Counted from the first letter of the stretch, positions 8,977 to 16,116 are shown. The stretch: DNA of 32,000 nucleotides from Candidatus Nanopusillus sp. (GCA_049414405.1 JBMSAQ010000008.1:25505-57504); one strand, 5' to 3'. The notes: generated by a model not told the origin, from the letters alone. Program-made: numbers and translations.

Positions 8977-8987
8977 ATTTATAAATT
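8977..8987 (+). promoter_or_regulatory. TATA-like box for the 9009 gene
   Basis: atttataaatt centred ~27 nt upstream of the ATG at 9009. Confidence 0.45.
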
Positions 8988-9008
8988 TTGAAAATTTTTA
9001 TTTAAATT

Positions 9009-9722
9009 ATGACAATTTCATCAAGTGTGGGAATGCCACCTAATTTAATATGCAAATCATTTATTAATAAGTTAAATCTACTCGGTAATACTATAAGGGA
9101 ACGTTTTGACAAAAATATAGATATTAAATATCAAAAAAATATAAAAAGGACGGTAGAGAAAATTGAAAAAATTAAAAGAGAAATAGAAGAAATTCAAAAA
9201 ATTTTCGATGGAATAATGAACGATTTTAACTCTCATTATCGTACATTTGTTGATAGAATAGTTAAAGAATTAAATAGCGCACATATAAAAAGTAATTTAC
9301 CACAATATTTAAGCGAACTTGGTAATACTATTACATATATAACAAGTCATGGTATACATTCAGTTGATGAGATTAAAAAGAAAAAAAAGGAGATAAAAGA
9401 AATAAAGAAAAAAATTAATGAAGAAATAAATTCGAAGGGCATGAATTTACATCGTCTTCTCTTGATTGCTAATGAATATGATAATATATTTCAAAATCTT
9501 ATAGGTATAAAACTAAGATCAAAAGTTCTGAGTAGAATGATGAATATAAAAAATGAATTAGATAATTTGAAAAAGGAAATTAAAAATATAAATGTTAAGA
9601 ATAAAAATAATATGAAAAAAGAAATAGAAAAGGAAATAAATGAATTAATAAAAGAACTGAAAATGTCAATTAAATTTTTAGAAGAGTTTATAAAATATAT
9701 ATCCCATATATTAAAGGTATAA
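9009..9722 (+). CDS. Hypothetical coiled-coil protein (237 aa), probable paralog of 8179..8949
   Basis: Same helical composition and shared local motifs with the preceding ORF. It has its own TATA-like box. Confidence 0.55.
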   Translation: MTISSSVGMPPNLICKSFINKLNLLGNTIRERFDKNIDIKYQKNIKRTVEKIEKIKREIEEIQKIFDGIMNDFNSHYRTFVDRIVKELNSAHIKSNLPQYLSELGNTITYITSHGIHSVDEIKKKKKEIKEIKKKINEEINSKGMNLHRLLLIANEYDNIFQNLIGIKLRSKVLSRMMNIKNELDNLKKEIKNINVKNKNNMKKEIEKEINELIKELKMSIKFLEEFIKYISHILKV

Positions 9723-9726
9723 ATAA

Positions 9727-10476
9727 TTATAGATTGCTAACCCTATATTCATGCAAGATTGTCTTTTTCATTAAATTCTTTATTTCTAATGATTTTTCCA
9801 ATGCCAGATTTAACGCATCATTTAATTCCTTACTCGAAATTTCTCCATCTAACTGTATTAAAGTAAATTTTTTCTCAGAAGGAGTTATTGCAACCGGTAT
9901 ATCTGTAGCTCTTCCTTCTCCATAATATTCTATATATTTTGATTTTTCAGAATCTTTTTTTAATTTTTCAGAATTATAATCTTCCTCTTCCTTATTTAAA
10001 TCTACAACAATTTTTTCTCCAACTTTTCCAACTGCTAGAGCTACTACCAAATCTTTCATTGGAATACCTGCTAAAGCTAATGCTAAAGATGCCGCATTTA
10101 TACTTGCAGTCCTGGTCCCAGCATCTGCATTTAATATTTCAATATATATATCTATAATGCTTCCAGGAATTTCTTCTAATAATAATGCTGGTTCTAATGC
10201 CCTCTTAATCACTTCAGATAATTCAATTTCTCTTCTACCAGGCGTAGGCTTCTTTCTTTCAGGTGTAGAAAATGTTAACATATTATATCTAACCCTTAAG
10301 AATGCTTTTTCATAATCTAAGGACATTTTTGATGGTTTCGGTCCATATACAGCAGCTAATGCAACTGTATCACCAAAAGAAAATATTGCAGATCCTTTTG
10401 CATTATCAATTACATTTAACTTTATATTTATTTTCCTTAATTGGTTATATTCTCTACCATCAAACCTTTTCACCAT
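9727..10476 (-). CDS. rrp41: Exosome complex RNase PH-domain subunit Rrp41
   Basis: DGREYNQLRKINIKLNVIDNAKGSAIFSFGDTVALAAVYGPKP and ADAGTRTASINAASLALALAGIPMKD match the RNase PH/Rrp41 signatures, including the GTRTA phosphate-binding loop. It lies directly downstream of rrp4 with a 2-nt gap. There appears to be a ~19-aa K/E/S-rich insertion before GEGRATDIPVA. Confidence 0.85.
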   Translation of the reverse strand: MVKRFDGREYNQLRKINIKLNVIDNAKGSAIFSFGDTVALAAVYGPKPSKMSLDYEKAFLRVRYNMLTFSTPERKKPTPGRREIELSEVIKRALEPALLLEEIPGSIIDIYIEILNADAGTRTASINAASLALALAGIPMKDLVVALAVGKVGEKIVVDLNKEEEDYNSEKLKKDSEKSKYIEYYGEGRATDIPVAITPSEKKFTLIQLDGEISSKELNDALNLALEKSLEIKNLMKKTILHEYRVSNL

Positions 10477-10478
10477 TT

Positions 10479-11078
10479 CTATTTATTTTCTAAAATCTCT
10501 TTAACTTTTTCAGTTAAGCCACTTTTATAAGAATTGTTTATAATAAATCTAATAATATCTACTGCTTTATATACATCATTTATATTGCCATTTAAATATA
10601 TTCTTCCATTTTTTCCAATTATTATATCAATCTTCAAATATTCTTTGATTAAATTCAGCATTGATGAATTTTTTCCAATTAATCTTGGAATTCTTACCGG
10701 ATCAACCTTTAATATTAATCCATCATTTAACTTTTCCTTTTTCTTAATCTCTAAATCTATTAATTTATTCTTTGTCATTCTCACGATTTGGCATAATATA
10801 TAATCACCATAAGTATATAAATCATTAGGGTCTACCCCAATTTCTTTTAAGGATGATTTACCTAAGTATGGGGAATTTATATCAATTAGCCACCCATTCG
10901 ATAACACATCAATCACTTTTCCAATTATAATATCATTTACTTCTGGCATATAGTATCCGAAAAGCCTTGTAGTTTTATCCTCTTTTACTAATAATATATA
11001 TTTTGAACAATAATTATTATTTCTTTCATACGAATTACTATCTTTTTTCCTTAGATTATCTCCAGGTATCAATATCAT
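10479..11078 (-). CDS. rrp4: Exosome RNA-binding cap subunit Rrp4 (S1 + KH domains)
   Basis: S1-like segment IIIGKVIDVLSNGWLIDINSPYLG, then KH-like RIPRLIGKNSSMLNLIKEYLKIDIIIGKNGRIYL (GxxG-type loop). It sits in the conserved position upstream of rrp41. At 199 aa it is shorter than typical Rrp4. Confidence 0.75.
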   Translation of the reverse strand: MILIPGDNLRKKDSNSYERNNNYCSKYILLVKEDKTTRLFGYYMPEVNDIIIGKVIDVLSNGWLIDINSPYLGKSSLKEIGVDPNDLYTYGDYILCQIVRMTKNKLIDLEIKKKEKLNDGLILKVDPVRIPRLIGKNSSMLNLIKEYLKIDIIIGKNGRIYLNGNINDVYKAVDIIRFIINNSYKSGLTEKVKEILENK

Positions 11079-11079
11079 C

Positions 11080-12186
11080 CTATAAATAATATATTATATC
11101 ATTTTTAAACATATTTTCTAACATATATCTACTTTCATTTTTATGTTTTATCTTTTCAGCTTCATTTTCTAATATTGAAAATACATCTTTTATTGTTGAA
11201 TATAGGTCATATCCATGATCATCAATTGTGAATTTACCATTATTATGTATTAATTTTGCTTTAATTTGATAGTATATTTTTTTGTTTATCTTATTTTCAT
11301 TTATCTTTTTGATATGTAATGATAATCTAATGTTTTCTCCCAAAACATTTCTGTATTTTTTATAAAATTTTTCATACATTTTTTTAATATGATTAATGTC
11401 TATTTCATCTAAAGGTATCCCATGAACAACTAGATTATATTCTTTTTCCCTTTTATGCTGTAAATAACTTATTAATATATCTTTTGCTGTTATTATACCA
11501 GTTAAATTGCCGTTGTTCAATATCGGTAATGAAAATACTTTATTTTCTATCATTAAATTAATTATTTTCTCTATATTGTCATCAATATTTGCAAATATTA
11601 ATTTACTATTCATTATTGATCTTATCTTTATATCAAAATCTTTTTCATTTGGTGTTCTTATATTATTATTATTATCAATTAGCATATATTTTAATATATC
11701 TGTTAATGAAATTATTCCAGATACTTTATTATTTTTATCCAATACTATTAATCTCGATATGCCTTTGTCTTTCATTGTACCAATTGCTTTTTTAATATTA
11801 TCATCTTCATATATTGTATAAGCTTCATTTATTATTTCATTTAAATTCATTTTCTTCAATATGTCTTTGTCATTTAATATTTCTTTTAATATATCATATA
11901 TATTAACTATCTTTATTTTTCCATTTTCTCTTACAAAAGTTACTCTAGAATTAGAATTAATTAATTTCTCTACTATATCAATTATGTTATTCGTTTTTAA
12001 TGGTTTTATCCTATTTACTACCTTTTCAATTTTTGTATCTGGTCTATATAAATATCTAATTGCTTTGGAATTTTCTAAAACACCCAAGATTTTTCCATTA
12101 TTGTCTGTTACAATTATATCTTCTCCTTTCTTTATATATTCAACAATATCTCTTATTTTTTTATCTTTAGGTATGAATATTGCCAT
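11080..12186 (-). CDS. Four-CBS-domain protein with a C-terminal RaiA/HPF (S30AE)-like domain
   Basis: Four CBS-type units, e.g. ISRLIVLDKNNKVSGIISLTDILKYML and VFSLPILNNGNLTGIITAKDILISYL. C-terminal aa ~250-350 (nt 11137..11439) read LVVHGIPLDEIDINHIKKMYEKFYKKY / IRLSLHIKK / YYQIKAKLIH / GKFTIDD / HGYDLYSTIKDVFSILENEAEKIKHK. This follows the beta-alpha-beta-beta-beta-alpha order and key positions of bacterial HPF as I recall it. Confidence 0.6.
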   Translation of the reverse strand: MAIFIPKDKKIRDIVEYIKKGEDIIVTDNNGKILGVLENSKAIRYLYRPDTKIEKVVNRIKPLKTNNIIDIVEKLINSNSRVTFVRENGKIKIVNIYDILKEILNDKDILKKMNLNEIINEAYTIYEDDNIKKAIGTMKDKGISRLIVLDKNNKVSGIISLTDILKYMLIDNNNNIRTPNEKDFDIKIRSIMNSKLIFANIDDNIEKIINLMIENKVFSLPILNNGNLTGIITAKDILISYLQHKREKEYNLVVHGIPLDEIDINHIKKMYEKFYKKYRNVLGENIRLSLHIKKINENKINKKIYYQIKAKLIHNNGKFTIDDHGYDLYSTIKDVFSILENEAEKIKHKNESRYMLENMFKNDIIYYL

Positions 12187-12216
12187 TAATTTATATAATA
12201 AAAAATTTTTAAATGA

Positions 12217-12864
12217 TTATTTTCTACTTTTCGTGAATTCTGGTAACTCATATAGAGCTTCTGCAGGTGCTATGAAGAAGTATTTCTTCTTACGTTTTTT
12301 CTTTGGAGGTTCATCCTTTTTATATACCCAATATAGAGCTGCAAGTACAAATCCTCCTATTATGAGGTATGGAAGTAAACCACTAAATATCAATGCAACC
12401 ATTATTTCTGTCATTATATTTTGAGCAGCGGTTCCAAATCCTTCAAAATCTACTGAAGATGCATATAGAAATGCAAATAAAACAGTAAGAGTTAGAAGGC
12501 CGACAATAACATTATGAGAAGATTGTTTATATTTCTGAAATTCATCATCTCCCCCATATGGTTCTGATATACCAGCCATTAATGCAATAATCATTAAAAT
12601 GAAAAATATGATAAGTATTTCAAAAAAGAAGAATGATATAAAGTATGAAGTAAATATAACATCAGATATGCTATATAGATAGTAGAATGCTATTACTATA
12701 GAAATTATTGCATACAATTTCTCTTTACTAGGATTATCTCTTCCAAACAAACCAATTTTTCTAAGAGATCCATATAATAATGAAAATACTAATAAAAATG
12801 GTGCTACAATCGTAAATATACCATATTGTGAAAATAAAGCATAAATAAATGATGACGACTCCAT
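12217..12864 (-). CDS. Uncharacterised polytopic membrane protein, tandem paralog 3 of 3
   Basis: N-terminal motif FSQYGIFTIVAPFLLVFSLLYGSL is shared with the two upstream ORFs. About 5 hydrophobic helices. Basic C-terminal tail KKDEPPKKKRKKK. Confidence 0.6.
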   Translation of the reverse strand: MESSSFIYALFSQYGIFTIVAPFLLVFSLLYGSLRKIGLFGRDNPSKEKLYAIISIVIAFYYLYSISDVIFTSYFISFFFFEILIIFFILMIIALMAGISEPYGGDDEFQKYKQSSHNVIVGLLTLTVLFAFLYASSVDFEGFGTAAQNIMTEIMVALIFSGLLPYLIIGGFVLAALYWVYKKDEPPKKKRKKKYFFIAPAEALYELPEFTKSRK

Positions 12865-12869
12865 TTTAT

Positions 12870-13469
12870 TTACTTTGATGATGCTGAGCCTCCGCTCGAT
12901 CCGCTTTTCTTATCCCCACCAACTACCCACATTATTACTAAGAATACAAGTCCAAATACAACTAATAATGCCAACATACCGGATTGCATAAGATAGTCAA
13001 GTATTTGAAGTAATAAGGATATCAATGGTAATGATGATGAAGATGACCCTGAAATACTTAAAGAATTCATGGCTAGCCATAATATTATTCCTACAACAAG
13101 AAATGCAAAAAATGCCCTTAATCCTCCTGGTATCTTTTTATTTGTAAATGCCAAAGCAATAGCCAGTAGAGAAAATCCAATTATAACTAAAGTAGCCTTA
13201 GGAATAAAAGATAATAACCATATTATCAAATCCTGATTATATATTGATAAAAGGGCAAATCCAAGAGAAAATAAAGCACTTAATTTTCTACCTACAGTAT
13301 CATCAGGACTTGCTTTTAATAAATTGGACAATTCTAATAACATGAATACCAAAGAAAATATTAATAAAAATGGTAAAACAAAATTTATAATTCCATATTG
13401 TGATAGTAACTGGTTAAAATTTCCCTGAACAAAACCTATTTGTGATGATAGTTGATTTAAGTCTGTCAT
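12870..13469 (-). CDS. Uncharacterised polytopic membrane protein, tandem paralog 2 of 3
   Basis: Motif LSQYGIINFVLPFLLIFSLVFMLL. About 5 hydrophobic helices. Ser-run loop (GSSSSSLP) and G/S/K-rich tail. Overlaps paralog 1 by 4 nt. Confidence 0.6.
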   Translation of the reverse strand: MTDLNQLSSQIGFVQGNFNQLLSQYGIINFVLPFLLIFSLVFMLLELSNLLKASPDDTVGRKLSALFSLGFALLSIYNQDLIIWLLSFIPKATLVIIGFSLLAIALAFTNKKIPGGLRAFFAFLVVGIILWLAMNSLSISGSSSSSLPLISLLLQILDYLMQSGMLALLVVFGLVFLVIMWVVGGDKKSGSSGGSASSK

Positions 13470-14041
13470 TTTGATTTTGGAGGTTCTGATTTTTGGCCTT
13501 TTTCAGGTTTCACAGCCCAATATGCTATTCCAAACATTATCGCAAGAACTGCTAAAGTTTCTATAAATGGTTGTAATGAAGAAAGTACCGGAGATGTTAG
13601 TGCAGAATTAATATAATTATACAATCCAAGTATAAATATCACCATTAATGTAAATATAATTATAGAAGATGCTAATAAAACCATCCTTGCCCTATTACCT
13701 ATTTGTACTTCTCCACTCTTTTCTTCTCTCTGTAAAAATGGAGAAATTGCTAATATAAGGAAAAATACTGTTAATAAAAATAACACTAAATATGGGATTA
13801 AGGTTTTTAATGATAATACTACATTTGCAGATCCAACTATAAAAAATCCTGTAGATGCAGATATGATTGATATTAAACTCCTTGCAACCTTTCCTTTATC
13901 CCCTTCAGCAAAAGGATCACCTAATATTTTATATTTACTTAATATACCATACATTATAGCATAAACTAGCAAAAATGGTAATATAACATTAAAGAATCCC
14001 AGGTTGTTCAATAATGTTAAGAATGTATCATAAAATGCCAT
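13466..14041 (-). CDS. Uncharacterised polytopic membrane protein, tandem paralog 1 of 3
   Basis: Motif LNNLGFFNVILPFLLVYAIMYGIL. About 5 hydrophobic helices. Charged tail KPEKGQKSEPPKSK. Starts 26 nt downstream of the ferredoxin pair. Confidence 0.6.
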   Translation of the reverse strand: MAFYDTFLTLLNNLGFFNVILPFLLVYAIMYGILSKYKILGDPFAEGDKGKVARSLISIISASTGFFIVGSANVVLSLKTLIPYLVLFLLTVFFLILAISPFLQREEKSGEVQIGNRARMVLLASSIIIFTLMVIFILGLYNYINSALTSPVLSSLQPFIETLAVLAIMFGIAYWAVKPEKGQKSEPPKSK

Positions 14042-14067
14042 ACCTGAATATAGTATCTCATAATTTA

Positions 14068-14280
14068 TTAATTTTTATCTGATATTTCCTGACAATATAT
14101 AGCGTTTGTAGGACAGGCTTTGGCAGCAATTTTTACATTTTCTATATCTTCGTCAGAAGATATTATATTATTCTTTATTATTATTCTGTTATTTTCAATT
14201 GAAAAAACATTTTTATTTATCAAATAACAAGCTAGACAATTTATACATTTACTATAATCAATATCTACTATATATTTCAT
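14068..14280 (-). CDS. Small monocluster [4Fe-4S] ferredoxin
   Basis: CINCLACY (CxxCxxC) plus a distal ACPTNAI (CP) motif, in a 70-aa protein. Its start codon overlaps the stop of the upstream ferredoxin (TAATG). Confidence 0.7.
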   Translation of the reverse strand: MKYIVDIDYSKCINCLACYLINKNVFSIENNRIIIKNNIISSDEDIENVKIAAKACPTNAIYCQEISDKN

Positions 14281-14489
14281 TAATCTTTTACTTCTTCTAC
14301 TTTAATTGAATGCGTTGGGCATGCAACTTCAGCATCTCTAACTTTTTGTATTAAATTTTGATCTTCAATAACTTCAACTTTTGCTTTTGCTTTTCCATCA
14401 GCATCGTATTCATATATTTCCGGTGTAATTGCAATACATGTTCCACAACTAATGCAGGTATTTTTATCAACCCATGTTTTTATTTTCAT
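14280..14489 (-). CDS. Small monocluster [4Fe-4S] ferredoxin (Pyrococcus/Thermotoga Fd type)
   Basis: VDKNTCISCGTCIAITPEIYEYDADGKAKAKVEVIEDQNL...AEVACPTHSI closely follows the pattern of hyperthermophile single-cluster ferredoxins (VD...CIg...C....P.vFe.dd.GKA...v.......a..ACPv.aI). Confidence 0.8.
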   Translation of the reverse strand: MKIKTWVDKNTCISCGTCIAITPEIYEYDADGKAKAKVEVIEDQNLIQKVRDAEVACPTHSIKVEEVKD

Positions 14490-14506
14490 TTAAGATATAT
14501 CGGCGT

Positions 14507-14523
14507 TATATTTTATAAATATT
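14507..14523. promoter_or_regulatory. Quasi-palindromic TATA element, possibly shared by the divergent ferredoxin and Cas4-like genes
   Basis: tatattttataaatatt sits in the 51-nt intergenic region 14490..14540. Its core ttttataaat is centred ~26 nt from both the GTG at 14541 (+) and the ATG at 14489 (-). Confidence 0.45.
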
Positions 14524-14540
14524 AAAAATATAAATAAAAC

Positions 14541-15368
14541 GTGGAATTAAATGATATTTTTGTTAGAGTAACGGATATAACAGATTATATTTTTTGCCCC
14601 AGAAAAGTTTATTTGAAAAGAGTTTTGGGATATTCAGAAGAAGATACTGAACAGAAAATATTTGGATCAATTATTCATTCTTTATTTGATAAAATAAATG
14701 AAAAAGAGAAAGAGATAATATTTAATATAAAGGAGTTTGTTGAATATGAAAAAATATTAAATTTATATAATAATTTTTTAATAAAATTATTGGAAGAATC
14801 TATAAAAGAATTTGAAGAACAGATAAAAAATTTAAATTTAGATAAAAATGATATAAAGATAAAGGCATATAGTTATGTAATAAAAGACATAGAAGACAGA
14901 GCGAAAAATGTGTTTAATTTTATGAAAGATAATGATTTATATGGAATAGAATTATGGGAATTCTTGGAACCAAAAATAAAGACAGAATTTGATGTTACAT
15001 CTTTGAAATATAATATAGTTGGTAGGATCGATAAGTTAGAAATATATAAAAAACATATAATACCTTATGAAATAAAATCCGGATTTTTTAGAAAGGAACA
15101 TATTACACAATTATACTCATACTACTTATTATTGAAGGATGAATTTCCAAATTATGATATAAGAAAAGGTATATTATTATATGCAAAGAATAATCATAAA
15201 ATAGAAATAGAGTTTAAAAATAATAGTGAAATAAAGAAAATATTAGATATAAAGGATAAGATAATTGATATGATTGATAATAAAGAAGATCCTGGAAAAA
15301 AATTTTCTGAAAAATGTAAAAAATGTGCATTTTACAATATTTGTTGGAAAAATGGAAATAAAAATTGA
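14541..15368 (+). CDS. Cas4/RecB-family (DUF83/PD-(D/E)xK) nuclease with a 4-Cys Fe-S cluster signature; not next to any CRISPR array or other cas gene in this window
   Basis: N-terminal Cys in ITDYIFCPRKVYL. Nuclease core GRIDKLEIY...IPYEIKSG (D...ExK). QxxxY motif (ITQLYSYYLLL). C-terminal CKKCAFYNIC (CxxCx5C). GTG start, with no in-frame ATG nearby. Confidence 0.8.
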   Translation: MELNDIFVRVTDITDYIFCPRKVYLKRVLGYSEEDTEQKIFGSIIHSLFDKINEKEKEIIFNIKEFVEYEKILNLYNNFLIKLLEESIKEFEEQIKNLNLDKNDIKIKAYSYVIKDIEDRAKNVFNFMKDNDLYGIELWEFLEPKIKTEFDVTSLKYNIVGRIDKLEIYKKHIIPYEIKSGFFRKEHITQLYSYYLLLKDEFPNYDIRKGILLYAKNNHKIEIEFKNNSEIKKILDIKDKIIDMIDNKEDPGKKFSEKCKKCAFYNICWKNGNKN

Positions 15369-16116
15369 TACTAAAAAAAGTATATATGAAAACATAAACG
15401 AAATATATGAAAAAATAAAAGAATTAAAAAATAAAAAACAGAAAATAGAAAATTTGATAAAAGAATTAGAAGAAAAATTAAATAACATTGAGGAAAAAAT
15501 AGTTATTGAAAAAAAGAAAGAAGAAATTAAGAGAAACAAAAAATGGTATGAAAAATTTAGATGGATGTTTACAACGAATAATTTTCTGTTAATTGCTGGA
15601 AAAGATTCTATTACAAATGAAATCATTATAAATAAATATTTAGAAAAAAATGATTTGATATTTCATGCAGATATTGTGGGATCCCCCTTTGGTATATTAA
15701 AAAATGGAAGAAATGCAAGTGAAATAGATATATATGAAGCTGCAAAATTTGTTGGATCATATTCTAGAGCATGGAAAAATAAATTATCTTCCATAGATGT
15801 ATATTATGTATACCCAGATCAGATATCAAAGAAGGTACCTTCTGGAATGTATTTAAAAAAAGGTTCTTTCATGATATACGGGGAGAAGAATTATGTAAAA
15901 GTAAATTTAGAGATTGCATTGGCATTTGAAAATTATAATGTCATACCAGGAGTACCTGAAAGTATAAAAGATAAATATAAAAGATATGTTATATTAATTC
16001 CTGGAAATAAGAAACCAATCGATATCTCAAAACAATTAGAAAATATTTTTAAAGTTGATTACAACATTATATTAGGATACCTTCCAGGTGATAGTGATAT
16101 ACTATACATCAGGTAA
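15352..16116 (+). CDS. NFACT-R (DUF814) domain protein with an N-terminal coiled coil; resembles the C-terminal half of an RqcH/NEMF/FbpA-like factor
   Basis: KWYEKFRWMFTTNNFLLIAGKDSITNEIIINKYLEKNDLIFHADIVGSPFGILKNG...AAKFVGSYSRAWK...VYYVYPDQISKK matches the DUF814 pattern (W.e.frwf.s..gf.i..Gr...qNe.l......D.wfHa...GS.vvlk...aA.lAa.yS.aw). The track ORF starts at 15274. I chose the ATG at 15352 (MEIKIDTKK) because the first 26 codons overlap the Cys-cluster end of the Cas4-like gene, but the start is uncertain. Confidence 0.7.
   Translation: MEIKIDTKKSIYENINEIYEKIKELKNKKQKIENLIKELEEKLNNIEEKIVIEKKKEEIKRNKKWYEKFRWMFTTNNFLLIAGKDSITNEIIINKYLEKNDLIFHADIVGSPFGILKNGRNASEIDIYEAAKFVGSYSRAWKNKLSSIDVYYVYPDQISKKVPSGMYLKKGSFMIYGEKNYVKVNLEIALAFENYNVIPGVPESIKDKYKRYVILIPGNKKPIDISKQLENIFKVDYNIILGYLPGDSDILYIR

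Noticed and set aside
11861-12424. 187-aa plus-strand ORF, together with 11507..11821 and 11589..11795
   Set aside because: They are antisense to the CBS-domain gene and the membrane paralog, both of which have clear motif support. The translations are I/F/L/S low-complexity strings typical of antisense frames in AT-rich DNA.
13031-13052. C-box-like atgatga followed 11 nt later by ctga on the plus strand
   Set aside because: No C'/D boxes follow at the proper spacing. The motif falls inside a well-supported membrane-protein CDS, in the complement of its Ser-run codons, so it is most likely coincidental.
15274-15351. N-terminal 26 codons of the track ORF 15274..16116
   Set aside because: This stretch overlaps the conserved Cys-cluster end of the Cas4-like gene in another frame and has no family support. 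I prefer the internal ATG at 15352 (MEIKIDTKK), but the longer form cannot be excluded.
15243-15626. 127-aa minus-strand ORF
   Set aside because: It is antisense to the Cas4-like C-terminus and the NFACT-R gene, both supported by motifs. It is a phenylalanine/isoleucine-rich mirror of K/E-rich coding sequence.
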